Shown: positions 12,937 to 28,178 of the stretch, in pieces
Layout: each line of letters opens with the position of its first letter
Position numbering within the stretch: position 1 is the stretch's first letter
Assembly: GCA_951406725.2 (NCBI GenBank)
Contig: OX597830.1
Span: 21,514,001-21,578,000 of the forward strand
DNA from: Octopus vulgaris
Taxonomy: Eukaryota
Direction of reading: 5' to 3'
Length of the DNA stretch: 64,000 bases
Notes under the pieces: model-generated
Told to the model about the DNA's origin: nothing
Database searches by the model: none
What the model saw: only the letters and a program-made list of their open reading frames with translations
Made by a program: the position numbers and the translations under genes

Positions 12937-14984
12937 GGTCACATTCACAGACACACCTACCTATACAGTTGTACCTTTCGAGACACATGCGCGCACGTTG
13001 GACCTTGATGCTCGGAAACACAAATACGATCGCAAACACGCCATAGATGGTCCATTCCCCCCACCACCACCACCAATCATTAGCATTAACAATTTCCTCG
13101 TCAGTACTTTAACACCCCCCACCCCTCATGTTCGTGCACCACCACCACCACCACCACCACTACCACCACCACCTGCACGACATCTACACCAGGGCCCATA
13201 TCTAACAGGCTTACTCATAAAGATCCAATAATGATAAGATAATGAGCACTGCTTCGTAATTGCAACCCTGACAAAAGATCGAGTCGCCGGCGTCGTGGTG
13301 GTGGTGGTGGTGGTGGTGGCGGAGGCGGTGGTGGTGGTGGTGGTGGTGGTGGTGGTGGTGGTGGTGGTGGTGGTGTGGTGGCAGTGGTGGTGGTGGTGGT
13401 GGTGGTGGTGGTGGCAGTGGTGGTGGCGGTGGTGGTGGTGGTGGTGGCGGTGGTGGAGGTTGTAGTGGTGGTGGTGGTGGTGGTTGTGGTGGTGGTGGTG
13501 GTGGTGGTGATGGTGGTGGTGGTGGTGTCGGTGACGGGGCCTTTCATGGATCCAGTGATTGTGGCGATTACGGTTAAAGACGATGCTTGGTTTCTCGTTT
13601 GGTAATAACGATGGTATGGTATGGTATTGGTGGTGGTATTGGTGGTGGTGGTGGTGGTATTTTGGTGGCGATAATATTGGTCGTAGTATTAACGATGGTA
13701 TTTGTTGGTGTTGTTAGGAGGGGACAGTAATTATATACCAACGGTAATGAAGGGAGTTAGTAATGGCAGTGGTTATTACAGAAAGCGGCGGCGGCGATGG
13801 TGGTGGTGGTGGTGGTGGTGGTGGTGGTGGTGGTGGTGGTGACATGGTTAACAGTAATGCTATACTAATGTAATATCAGTGGCGGCGGCGTTGGACTGTG
13901 GTGTTGGTGGTGGTGGTGGTGTTGGTTGGTGGTGGAGTTAGTAACAGGGGGAGATAAGTAATGTTTTAGTAGTGGTACTAATTGTGGTGGTCACCTTGAT
14001 TGTCAGGCTGTTGGCGATCGTGGCGGTGGCGGCGGTGGCGGCGGCGGTGGTGGTGGTGGTGGTGGTGGTGGTGGTGGTGATAGTGAGAGAAGTAATAACA
14101 ACGTTACAGAAGCAGGATCGGTGGGAGCATTGATAGTGGTGGTTGTGGTGGTGGTAGTGGTAATTTTGTAAGTGTTGATGCTGATGGTACCTTGTAGTGG
14201 TGATGGGCAGGAGTGGAAGGGTAAGAACAACGGATACAGTGTACCTGCTGAACCTTACATACGGTCAATTAAGCGGTTTGAAGTTGAATGTCGTTAACAT
14301 TGAATATGGCGGTGGCGGCGGCGGCGGTGGTGGTGAAAGTGGAGGTAGTCGTCGTAGTCGTGGCGGTAAAGATGGTGCTGATGGTTGTGGTAATGTGCTG
14401 TTGCTGGTGGTAGTGGTGGTGGTGGTGGTGGTGGTGTTGGTGGTAGTAATGGTGATAGTGTGGCTTCGGTGGTGCGATGGTGATGGTGATGGTTGTGGTA
14501 GTATTGATGGTATTAGAAGGAACTGTTGATGGTGGTAGTGCTGTCGATGGTGATGATGTTGGTGAGGGGGGGTAGTGATGGTGGTGCTGGTTGTGATGCT
14601 ACTGCTGCTGCTGGTTGTGAGGTGAAGGTTGGTGTGGTAATGGCAATGGTGCTGATGGTGAAGGTGGTGGTGATATTGATGGCGATGGCGTTGATGGAGA
14701 TGGTGATGATGATAGTGGTGGTGGTAATAGTGATGGTGGTAGCGGCGGTGATGGCGGTGGTAGTGGTAGTTGTGGTGGTGACGATAGTGGTGATGGTGGT
14801 GGTGGTTGTTGTTGTGGTGGTGGAAGAGTTTATAAAAGTGAACAAAAATATGGTTCACGAGATATGAAGACAAAGGTCCTGGATGAAGCGGAGGCTATTG
14901 TAGAATGTGTAGACAAGACAGAAGAGAAAGAGAGAGAAAGAGGAGGAGGGAGAAAGAAATTGGGTAAAAGGAAACTGTGCGGAA

Positions 14985-15165
14985 GCCCGTCGGATGGATT
15001 GTATCTGCAATTCAAAAGTACGGCCTGGTCACGCCCTTCTGTTTTCATGCTGATTCTGAGAATTACTCTAAGGGTACACGTGTGTGGAATACTCGGCTAA
15101 TTCAGCGAGTAGGTGATTCACTTAACTGAACAACTGAATCCACATCGTCGAAATCGACGGAGCCC
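14985..15165 (+). mobile_element. SINE tail segment D (degraded)
   Basis: aagggtacacgtgtgtggaatactcggc..catcgtcgaaatcgacgg matches the reverse complement of 57352-57530. Confidence 0.6.
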
Positions 15166-15184
15166 CATTCATTTAATTTACTTA

Positions 15185-16000
15185 CAAGCAGCACTGTCAC
15201 AGTCCCAGACATGGGTGCAGTACTCCGTTGTAAGTTTCACCTGGAATTTGTAGAGCACAAGTAATTGTTAGAGGTGGTTTCTAGCCCTGAAGAGGAAGGC
15301 CACCGTTTGAAATGCAGCATTTGTTTATGTTGGCGATATGTCTGAGCCATACACTTTCAGCTCTGGTGATAATATTTCAGAAATAACATTTGATCTTCAG
15401 TGATAATATTTGAAGCGTAAGTGATGCTTCTACTTGTGCAGTGAGATGTGATTTAGTTCTTAGTATGTACAGTGAATTCGTCTTTTTGCTATTGAAGTAT
15501 TCAAAACTGGTACGACCCCCATGGGATGATATTTGAGGTTTCAATTTACGAAGTCATTGCAGTTTTGCAGCGGGATGTTCGGGTTGTATGTTAGAGGATG
15601 CTTGGGTGTGTTAAGATTAGAGAGAGAGATTAAGAATAGTATCATCTGTGCATAATGGGCGTTGTTTAAAGTACGCCATTGTTGAATAGATGCTGAGTGG
15701 GGACGTCAAAACCGTAACATGAAGGAGACCAGAGCTGACAGATTTTGCGTCTGAGAAAGACACATCAACACACACACACACACACACCAGTAATGGGTGT
15801 TGCTGAAGATGACAGCAAATAGGTCGCTGTTGTATAAGAGGTTGGGTATGGAAGATAAAATCGAACCCAAACTGACAGTGTGTAACTCAAACTGAGACAC
15901 AGCAAGATACGCTGCAACAATGAGATCTAAGAGGGAACTAAGAATCTAAAAGGCTAATTGAAGCCCGGGAGGCCCAGGAGACACAGGAGGCTGATTTGGT
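15185..16000 (-). mobile_element. Degraded CR1/Jockey-type LINE fragments
   Basis: Minus peptides LCTDDTIL (YADD-like), GRTSFEYFNSKKTN and LLVLYKFQVKLTTEYCTHVW (LYKAQVRPxMEYCSHIW-like); many stops and frameshifts. Confidence 0.55.
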
Positions 16001-17535
16001 AACAAAATCAAAGCATGGGGAACAGCAGACCTGGTAGAATGCAGGTCAGATTGAGACACAAAAGCACAGGCCGTGAAAATTAGATCTAAGAGGAAGCTAC
16101 TAATCTAAAAGACGAGAGAGGTGTCTATAGACGAGTAGTTTTCACAAGAAGCACTTATAAAAACCAGTCAATAGCTGTACTAATGTTCAAGGCAACAAAA
16201 CAGCTTTTATCAAAATTCTCAAAGGTGAGGGTGGGCCCACCGCTAAGTGATATAGGGAACTAGGTCTCCAGTAGAATTGGTTTTATAAAATCTCTACAGG
16301 TGGTCATCAGGGGAGAGAGAGAGAGTTGCGGTGGAGAGAGAGATAATTGTTCAGAGTTCTCCCCGTTATCTATGAGATTTTGGAAGTAAGCCTGTAGGGG
16401 GCAATTCTTGGATATGGGACTCACTGCAGCGCATTTCTCCAAACTGTCATACCCCGAGAAAAGGGCAGGGAATAAGAGAGAGAAACTTGAGAAATTTAGG
16501 GAGATTAGGGATTAAAACTAAGACGCATTGTTTTAGAATGGTCACTGTCGGGACCTGTGGCGTTGTTGGTTGGAAGCAACCGGATGAAGGTAAAATGATG
16601 ATGATGGTAGTGGTTGCGGTGGAGACGACGATAATGATGGTGGCTGTGGTGGTGGTGGCGGTGGGGTAACAACGATGGTGAGTGTAATGGAGGTGGTGGC
16701 GATAGTGGTGGTGTTGGTGTTGGTGGTGGCGGTGGTGGTGGTGGTGGTGGTGGTGGTGGTGGTGGTGGTGGTGGTGGTGTTGGTGGTGGTGGTGATGCTT
16801 GATGATGACGATGATGTTGACGAAGGTAATGATGGTGAGGTGGGCTTCGGGGGTGGGGTTGAATGGATGGTGATTCTGTTGCTGCTGCTAATAGTGTTGG
16901 TGATAATGATGGTGACAATGGTTGGTTTACTGGTATTGGTGGTGGTGGTGGTGGTAATGGTAGTGTGGGTGGTGGTGGGTCAAGTCTTAAATTAGATAAT
17001 TATCAATTATTATCAATTATATGCTTTTCCTTTTCCCCGTTCTTCCGCAGAACAAAAGTTACCCCCTCATCACACAGCCACAACTAATGACCCTTTCCTC
17101 CCTTTCTCTCTCTTTCCCTCTCTTTCTTTCTCTCTCTCTCCCTCTCTCTCTTTGTTCCCACAATCACATCACAACCACTAAAAACCACAAAAAGAAACAC
17201 ACGCAATTGCTACCCACAAGAACACAGAACCCACCACCACAATATCAGCGACTTAATAACACCACCCGACTACGACGACCATCACCGTCACCACTACATC
17301 CACAATCACCACCACTTCCTCCTCTACCACTATAACCGCTACCACAAATACCACCACCACCACTACCACCACCATCACCATCACAGCTCGAACATCACAC
17401 AGCACCACTACAATCAAATCAAATAAACAGTCACCACTGAGGCCACTTTGTCCGAGTCTACGGAGCCTGAACTGACCTTTGTTTTCATATCATAAGCACA
17501 TGTATGGATACATACATCCCCCCCATATATATATG

Positions 17536-17585
<50 letters not shown>

Positions 17586-17663
17586 CATACATATGTGCAT
17601 GTATGTATGTACACGTATATATATATATATTTATATGCATATATGTATATGTATATCTATCTT

Positions 17664-17749
<86 letters not shown>

Positions 17750-17812
17750 CATATATACACTTATATGTGCATATGTATATGTACATATATATAAACATAT
17801 GTATATATATAA

Positions 17813-17872
<60 letters not shown>

Positions 17873-18238
17873 ATATATATATATGCACACATAGATACAC
17901 CACATTCACGCGAGCGAGCGCGCACACATACACACACACACATATATAAAAGTATACAGATATATAGCATACCATACAACAGCAGGTTTTCCTGCTCACC
18001 TCACTCGCAAGCTGCCCGTCCGTTACAGCCATTATCTATTCTAGTTTCTCCATCTTTCTTACACCATTTCTCTTTATACCCCTCTATCTCCACACAATTA
18101 TCGATCCTCGCTATATCAGATATTCTCACCTGAATTAGCAATGGTTCTATGGCACCCTCGGTATACCACTCGCAAACTATTTTCTCCTGAACATACACAA
18201 CTTTCACGTCTGATTAGCCTTCGCCCACCCTTGTATCT

Positions 18239-18467
18239 TATTTCTTTATTGCCCATAAGGGGCTACACATAGAGGCGACAAACAAGGACAGACAAACGGA
18301 TTAAGTCGATTATATCGACCCCAGTGTGTAACTGGTACTTATTTAATCGACCCCGAAAGTATGAAAGGCAAAGTCGAACTCGGCGGAATTTGAACTCAGA
18401 ACGTAACGGTAGACGAAATACCGCTACGCATTTCGCCCGGCGTGCTAACGTTTCTGCCAGCTCGCCC
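18239..18467 (-). mobile_element. SINE family B, full length, with target-site duplication
   Basis: Flanked by direct repeat tcgcccacccttgtatct at 18221-18238 and 18462-18479. Confidence 0.92.
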
Positions 18468-18552
18468 ACCCTTGTATCTGGTTAGATACAACCTTTCAAT
18501 ATTGCTCTTTGAGTGTAATACTCCGTACATTGTGTCTAGTTTCGGTCTATTC

Positions 18553-18858
18553 CATAGGTCCTCAAAGTGGGCACTACTGCCCCCCAACCCGATGGGCGTT
18601 GAGACTGTCCAGATGGGTGCTGGCACCTAACAGCAGAACGGTAGAGGAAAAGGAGGTGTTGGGAGGAGGGCAGTAGATTGGGGGATGCTATGAATTTATT
18701 ATATTATTATAGTATTGTATACAAATTAGATAATATTATAGTAAATATCAAATGATTCATAGCGTATATAAATTAGTAAAATGTAAAATATTTATTTATA
18801 CATGAAAATAGTAAGGGTATTATGTGGCCATGAGGCACAAAAAGTTTGAGAACCTCTG
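18553..18858. mobile_element. hAT-like MITE
   Basis: cataggtcctcaaagt vs reverse complement cagaggttctcaaact; TSD poorly preserved. Confidence 0.55.
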
Positions 18859-18865
18859 GTTTAGC

Positions 18866-19040
18866 ACAGTTCTATATTTGAGAGATGAGGATTTATGTAC
18901 ATTATTTACATTCGACAGATATTTGTCCTCATGTTGTTTGTTGTTAACACAACGTTTTGGCTGATATACCCTCTAGCCTTCTTCAGGTATCTTGGGGAAA
19001 TTTCGAACCTGGGTTCTCATTCCTAAGGTATTTTTCGATG
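18866..19040 (-). mobile_element. Family F Penelope-like terminal repeat with minimal hammerhead (GAAA mutated to AAAA)
   Basis: Homologous to 41318-41460 and 41730-41912; minus gatac-CTGAAGA-a-ggct..agcc-AAAA-cg-TT-gtgtt. Confidence 0.7.
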
Positions 19041-19060
19041 TTATTATTATTATTATTATT

Positions 19061-19092
<32 letters not shown>

Positions 19093-19093
<1 letters not shown>

Positions 19094-19648
19094 GAGAGAG
19101 CGGTGCATACTATCAAAGTGACACTGGGGTAAAATATACGAAGCCCAGTATACCCATCATGACTACCCGTCTGATAAGGATATACCAAGCATATGCATCA
19201 CAACCATATGTGCGCGACATGGTGATCTCATATCAAGATAAACAGCGCATGACCTTGCGGGTGGGGCCCAGCTAGAATTTTCTTCTGGTCGGGTAGCCCA
19301 TCCCGCTCAAAAGGGCCTTGAATAAAGATCGTTTAAGGATGTTGAACGAACCACCCTTGTTTCCAAAGGTGAATTATCCAAACCTCTAAGAATTCCTTTC
19401 AACACACAGCTATGATGTTCCCCCACTACTTCTGCTCGTGATCAGAGATGCACATATCGTCAGCCACTAAGGGATATGCTCAACTGGTTACGGTCAAACA
19501 GCTGTCAAGCAAATCTGTGGTATTGAGCAGAATATTTGCTGTAGCCCATCTTTTATACCAAGACAAAACAACGTACATGATAACACTCCCAATCAGTTAA
19601 GATCAGAAGCCATGAGGGCCACCGCTTGGTACTGCATCAGGGCATTTA
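19093..19648 (-). mobile_element. Family G, ~550-bp non-coding element in (TAA)n tracts
   Basis: Close reverse complement of 21998-22553 and 62830-63365; flanked by TAA-type repeats on both sides. Confidence 0.85.
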
Positions 19649-19678
19649 TTATTATTATTATTATTATTATCATTATTC

Positions 19679-19748
<70 letters not shown>

Positions 19749-19789
19749 CATTATTATTATTATTATTATTATCATCATCATCATCATCA

Positions 19790-19841
<52 letters not shown>

Positions 19842-19882
19842 CATTATTATTATTATCATTATTATTATTATTATTATCATCA

Positions 19883-20039
<157 letters not shown>

Positions 20040-20062
20040 CATCATCATTATTATTATTATCA

Positions 20063-20148
<86 letters not shown>

Positions 20149-20547
20149 TTATCATCCCCATCATTTACTACTATATCTTACATTTTCCCCACATACTTTC
20201 ACTAATGTTTACATACCAACTGTCTGTTCGTTCACCAGTTTATTTATTTATTAGCACAAAAATCAACAAATATTGACAGTTAAATATTATGCTTCGCTTG
20301 AATCTTTGTAAAGTTTATTTAAAATGAACATTAAAAAAAAACCCCGCTTATGACAACGTCTTACATTTATCACTGTTGTCATATTTTTTCAGCCAACCTG
20401 CTGCCATATTTTCTCTGCTTACCAATGAAATTTGCCCGGTTAATGATTCTTGATATACAGATTAAAGACTATCATGCTAGATCATTTTTTTCTTCATTGT
20501 GTAAAGCTCAATAAAGTTGAATCGCTGGTTACGACAAAGGAATAATA

Positions 20548-20626
<79 letters not shown>

Positions 20627-20640
20627 TGATGATGATGATA

Positions 20641-20759
<119 letters not shown>

Positions 20760-20762
20760 AAT

Positions 20763-21547
20763 AAATCCCAGCAATGGTTGAGAAGCTCAGGACTCAAAGC
20801 AGAGGGATTTTTAATTGCAGCACAAGACCAAAGCCTCCCCACCAGAAATTACCAGAAACATGTAATGAAAAGAAATATTACAAGTAACTGCAGAATTTGT
20901 GGAGATGGACAAGAAACAATAAATCATATTATCTCTAGCTGCCCAGTCCTGGCTAAGAAGGAATATATTCACAGACATGACAGAGTTGGAACCTACATAC
21001 ATTGGAAGCTATGCCAACATTATGGAATAACAGAAAAAAGATGGTATAGGCACACACCAGAAAAGGTCACGGAAAACGAGAAAGCAACCATACTCTGGGA
21101 TATGCCGATACACACAGATAGAGAAATTAAGGCCAACAGACCAGATATAGTTGTCAGAGATCATGAAGAAAAAAATGCTTTCTAATTGATGTATCAATAC
21201 CGGCAGATGACAATGTGTCTCTAAAAGAAATGGAGAAACTCTCAAAATACAAAGACCTGGAAATAGAGGTAACCAGAATGGGGAATCTAAAAACAGAAAC
21301 AATTCCTATCATAGTAGGTGCATTAGGCATGATAAAAAAATATTCAGACAAATACATAACAAAAAACCAGGGCTTACAAACACATATAACATACAGAAAA
21401 TTGCACTACTAGGCACTGCCCACATCCTACGCAGAACACTTTCCATACAATAACCATCAGAGCATCACAACAAATCACAGCACATACCCAAGGCACACAG
21501 AACTGTGCTCGGTAGTGAAGTGAAAGCACGCTATAAAAATAAAACTA

Positions 21548-21550
<3 letters not shown>
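20763..21550 (+). mobile_element. 5'-truncated R4/Dong-like RLE non-LTR retrotransposon (pseudogenised ORF end plus 3' UTR)
   Basis: AAQDQSLPTRNY, CCHC (CRIC..ETINHIISSC), RHD, RPD..D..K nuclease, IIVGALG; frameshifts; stop at 21451-21453; (TAA)n on both sides. Confidence 0.92.
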
Positions 21551-21639
<89 letters not shown>

Positions 21640-21641
21640 TG

Positions 21642-21754
<113 letters not shown>

Positions 21755-21755
21755 C

Positions 21756-21786
<31 letters not shown>

Positions 21787-21819
21787 TAAAAATAATAATA
21801 ATAATAATGATAATAATAT

Positions 21820-21927
<108 letters not shown>

Positions 21928-21929
21928 GG

Positions 21930-21987
<58 letters not shown>

Positions 21988-21997
21988 CATCGAAATA

Positions 21998-22553
21998 ATT
22001 CCCTGATTCAGTAGCAGGCAGTGGCTTTCATGGCTTCTGACCTTAACTGATTGGGAGTGTTATCATGTACATTGTTTTGTCTTGGTATAAAAGATGGGCT
22101 ACAGCAAATATTCTGTTCAATACCACAGATTTGCTTGTCAGTTGTTTGACCTTAACCAGTTGAGCATGTCCCTTAGTGGCTGACGATATGTGCATCTTTG
22201 ATCACGAGCAGAAGTAGTGGGGGAACATCATAGCTGTGTGTTGAAAGGAATTCTTAGAGGTTTGGATAATTCACCTGTGGAAATAGGGGTGGTTTGTTCA
22301 ACATCCTTAAACGATCTTTATTCAGGGACCTTTTGGGCTGAATAGGCTACTCGACCAGAAGAAAATCAAAACTGGACCCCACTTGCAAGGTCATACACTG
22401 TTTATCTTGATATGAGATCACCATGTCGCGCACATATGGTTGTGATGTATGTGCCTGGTGTACCCTTATCAGACAGGTAGTCATGATGGGTATACTGGGC
22501 TTCGTATATTTTACCCCAGTGTCACTTTGATGGGATGCACTGCTCTCTCACTC
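21998..22553 (+). mobile_element. Family G element
   Basis: Same ends as the 19093 copy; flanked by (TAA)n. Confidence 0.85.
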
Positions 22554-22674
<121 letters not shown>

Positions 22675-22853
22675 CTTAATTTTGGCAGAAGGCCATCAAT
22701 TTTAAGAAGAGTTTTACATCGACCCAAATGCTCTGCTAGAATTTATTTCATCGAGCCCGATAGGATGAAAGATAGTGCAGAGTCGACCTCGACAAAATTA
22801 GAACTCAGAACAAAAAAACAGGCAAATGCCGCCGAGCATGACCAGCGTGTTAA

Positions 22854-22894
<41 letters not shown>

Positions 22895-22985
22895 TGAATA
22901 TATATATATGTGTGTGAGTGTGTGTGTGTGCGTGTGTGTGTGTGCGCGTGTGCGTGTGTGTGTAGTGTGTATGTATGTATGTATG

Positions 22986-23017
<32 letters not shown>

Positions 23018-23019
23018 CT

Positions 23020-23228
23020 CTCCTGTTGTTAGACACTCCGTCCATCAGATCGACATTACCTGTACGGGTTCAACGGGTGCCACACGTCAGATGTCGAAAC
23101 GATCGCAGAGCAACGTGTGAAATGAAGTGTTTTGCTCAAGAACACAACGCGACACCCGGTCTGGGAATCGAACCCACGATCTCGCAATCGTGAGTGCAAA
23201 ACTTTAACCACTAAGCCATGCGCCTTCA
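23020..23228 (-). mobile_element. tRNA-derived SINE family E
   Basis: Minus tggcttagtggttaa..ggttcgattccc..gttgtgttcttgagcaaaacacttc; relatives at 40611-40905 and 59085-59180. Confidence 0.8.
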
Positions 23229-23240
23229 CACATACATATG

Positions 23241-23280
<40 letters not shown>

Positions 23281-23526
23281 TATATATATACAAACATACA
23301 TATATATATACGTGTGTATTTATATTCACATGTTTATATACAGTATATATACATACATACACACACGCACACATATAGACAGACACATACACACACATAC
23401 ACACAAAGCTAGATAGATAGATGTAGATATACACATGTATACATATAGCTATATATGTAAGTATGCATTTCGTTATCTATTTACGTACGTATATATGTAT
23501 GTATATATGAATGCATGTATGTACGA

Positions 23527-23607
<81 letters not shown>

Positions 23608-23624
23608 CGTGTTTGTATGTGTAT

Positions 23625-24190
23625 TCTTCTGGGAATCACTGAACATGCAAGTTAAAATTCCTTAAAAGAAACCATTATATCCACTCGATGATCTAAGAAG
23701 AGGGGAAAAAATCCAGCGTATAACAGAACCTTTAGAAGGAACATTTCATCCGAATCTGCCAAAACAGTTTGAAATGAACCGAAGAGAACACCAAAATCGT
23801 GCAACTCGTCGACACGAAAATATCAACATATCGTACAAAGAGGATTTTATCTGCGAAGCATATGGGAGGGTTCTGTCTCTACAAGGCAGGGCGAGTTAGT
23901 CATCTGAGCGCGTATAACCGCACCCAAACTATAACTCACAATCTGTTAAAATGACATAATACGTCCCGAATGCAATAAAGTCTGTAAAACCGCTGGGGGC
24001 CTAAAACGCCATAGGAGAATACAAGTAGCTTCCTGTTCTCAATCAGTTCGCTTGTTTCAATGTGTAATAAAGCTTTTTTTAAAGTCTTTCAGAGTTTGAA
24101 AGCCATCTGAATACACGCAAGCGTTCATATCTGTACTCTTAATCTCAAGGCGTGGTCTTAAACGAGAGCCAGTGGACAGCCACTATGGAT
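23625..24190 (+). mobile_element. Degraded RTE-like LINE 3' end with C2H2 zinc-finger remnants
   Basis: FICEAYGRV (23846), RPECNKVCKTAGGLKRHRRIQ (23962-24024), third finger-like remnant ~24047-24117; stops and frameshifts. Confidence 0.55.
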
Positions 24191-24309
24191 CTATATACAT
24201 CCACATTCTAGGGTGTATAATCGTTTGAACTAATTCAAATGTATCAACACATAGATATACGCTTAAATATAGTAATACAGGTATATGCGTTCCTTACACA
24301 TTTATTCAC

Positions 24310-24935
<626 letters not shown>

Positions 24936-25064
24936 ACAAACATAGCGAAATGCGCATGCGCGCGCATGCACAGATCAACACAACCTCTAACATACATTTC
25001 CACACTGCTTCACTGAGATTTTTACATAAAACTTGCACCACTTCAACACTTGAATTGACAAACG

Positions 25065-25322
25065 CATGGTTCCGGGTTCAGTCCCACTGCGTGGCACTTT
25101 CGGCGAGTGTCTTGTAGTATAGCCTCGTACCGACCAAAGCCTTGTGAGCGGATTTCGTCGAGTGAACCTGAAAGAAACCCGTCGTATATATATGTGTGTG
25201 TGTGTTTGTTTGTGTCTATGTGTATGTGTATGTGTTTGTGTCTGTGTGTCTGTGTCTGTGTCTGTGTCTGTGTTTGTCCTTCGATCACCGCTTGACAACT
25301 GGTGTTGGTGTGTTTACGTCCC
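25065..25322 (+). mobile_element. SINE family A, partial
   Basis: catggttccgggttcagtcccactgcgtggcac..cgcttgacaactgg. Confidence 0.82.
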
Positions 25323-25387
25323 GAAACAATTAGAAGATAAAAGATAAACACACACGCACACACACACACACATACACACGCACACAC

Positions 25388-25467
<80 letters not shown>

Positions 25468-25608
25468 CGAGAAGGAGAGAGGGAGAGAGGGAGAGAAAGA
25501 TATATATATATATATATATATACTATATTGTATATACATGTATACACGTGTATTAAATATATAGAAGCATGCACATGTACACACATACACACACATGTGC
25601 GCGCGCAT

Positions 25609-25644
<36 letters not shown>

Positions 25645-25790
25645 GTCTAAGCATATAAATACGACAATATGAGAAGTAACGAAAACAAATATTAAATTGA
25701 ACAAACAAGAATCTGCATAAATAAATATGAAAAATGGCTGAGCATGAAACACAAGATTTATTATACGAACTTAAGAACCGGATATGCTTA

Positions 25791-25840
<50 letters not shown>

Positions 25841-25991
25841 TACATACATATATATACATACATACATATATATATACATACATACATATATATACACATA
25901 TACATGTATACATACATATATATGCATACATGTATATACATACATACATACATACATATATATATACATACATATATATATATATATATAC

Positions 25992-26086
<95 letters not shown>

Positions 26087-26380
26087 CATACATACATACA
26101 TACATACATACATACATACATACATAAATACACACATACATACATATATACATACATATATATATATTTATATAATATGTTTTGTGTGTGTGTAAGGACA
26201 GACACACACACACGAGTGAGCGAACAAATATGAAAAAGTAACACTCATATTTTGTTCGGGTTAAATGCATTTAACAGCAATTTTGACTCAGTTCAACATT
26301 GCTTGAAGTTTCGTTGGCATAGGACACGTTCACCTCGTCAGATTATCGAAGACAGACTGATGTAGAGAAGACCTTATAGT

Positions 26381-26560
26381 CGCAGGCGTGGCTGTGTGGT
26401 AAGTAGCTTGCTTACCAACCACATGCTTTCGGGTTCAGTCCCACAGCGTAGCACCTTGGGCAAGTGTCTTCTACTATAGTCTCGGGCCGACCAAAGACTT
26501 GTTAGTGGATTTGGTAGACGGAAACTGAAAGAAGCCTGTTGTTGAAAGAAGCCCGTCGAA
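26381..26560 (+). mobile_element. SINE family A 5' half
   Basis: cgcaggcgtggctgtgtggtaagtagcttgc..gaaactgaaagaagcc. Confidence 0.85.
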
Positions 26561-26690
26561 TATATTGATTATTTTGATTATATATATACATGTGTGTGTA
26601 TACATCTGTATATATGCATATATATACACATGTATACACACATACATACATATATATATGTGTGTGTATGTATGTATATATATATATATG

Positions 26691-26737
<47 letters not shown>

Positions 26738-26738
26738 G

Positions 26739-26827
<89 letters not shown>

Positions 26828-27304
26828 TCTTTTACTCTTTTACTTGAGATAGATTGACAGAAACGAAGGCTTCCAAACGGTTTCTACCAAATTCCACTCA
26901 CTCAATAACAGTAACCGCAGGCTATAGTTGAAGACAGGTGGCTAATTCTTGCTGTTCTGAGATCGAACCCACTCAGAACTGCGCCTATGCGCCTATTTAC
27001 TGTTAGCCTAACTGTAATTAGGTTCTAAACATAACTTAATGAGTGTGAGTAATTAGCTAATTACTTTATTTGTATAAGGATAATTAACGTGCGTTATGTT
27101 TGCTTGCCTGGATGAGTGGATGAGAGAGTTCAAGAGGAATGAGGAAAGGAGACAGGAAAAGCTGTGACGTAATATCCAGACGGTATTTCGCCATCGTCCA
27201 AAACCCTGTTGGTTATTGAATCCTTGATATATAAGTGAGACACACACACACACACACACAGGCACATACACACATACACACACACATTTTTAATCATTAC
27301 TTGT

Positions 27305-27555
27305 ATTCCGCCGGTTACGACGACGTCTGTTCCAGTTGATCGGATCAATAGAACATCCTACTCGTGAATTTAACGTGCAAAGTGGCTGAGTACTCCATAG
27401 ACACATCTACCCGTAACGTAGTCTTCAGAGAGGAGGTTCGGCGTGACTCAGAATCCGACAAGGCTGAGCCTTTGAATTACAGGTGCAACACATTCTTACC
27501 TGGTCAATGGTGTGGAGCCACATAGAATAAAGTGTCTTGCTCAAGGACAAAACGC
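27305..27555 (-). mobile_element. SINE with tail D (partial)
   Basis: ccggttacgacgacg..ttccagttgatcggatcaa..gtgcaaagtggctgag matches 57352-57530. Confidence 0.72.
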
Positions 27556-27696
27556 CCCCCCCCCCCCGGAAATCCACAAAACCACGCAAGCACACATACA
27601 CGCGCGCACGCCAAAACGCTGCGGTACATGTCTTCACACACATCACATAATACTATTAAACCTCAAAGCCTAAACAAGCAGTAAAATGCCAACCGT

Positions 27697-27929
27697 CTCT
27701 TTTACTCTTTTACTTGTTTCAGTCATTTGACTGTGGCCATGCTGGAGCACCGCCTTTAGTCGAGCAAATCGACACCCCCAGGACTTATTCTTTGTAAGCC
27801 TAGTACTTATTCTATCGGTCTTCTTTTGCCGAACCGCTAAGTTACGGGCGAGGTAAACACACCAGCATCGGTTGTCAAGCGATGTTAGGTGGACAAACGC
27901 AGACAGAGAAACATATACACACACACACT

Positions 27930-28005
<76 letters not shown>

Positions 28006-28178
28006 CATATATACGACGGGCTTCTTTCAGTTTCCGTCTACCAAATCCACTCACAAGGCTTTGGTCGGCCCGGTGCTATAGTAGAAGACCCTTTGCCCAA
28101 GGTGTCACGCAGTGGGACTGAACCCGGAACCATGTGGTTGGTAAGCAAGCTACTTACCACACAGCCACTCTTACGCCT
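27697..28178 (-). mobile_element. SINE family A, full length
   Basis: Reverse complement of the 6507 architecture. Confidence 0.9.

Noticed and set aside
17975-18220. Possible Penelope ORF remnant
   Set aside because: Only vague compositional resemblance; no diagnostic RT or GIY-YIG motif readable
22178-22220. CTGACGA in family G as a ribozyme core
   Set aside because: Followed by GAAG without convincing stems I and III in any copy; I could not build an HDV-like fold by eye either
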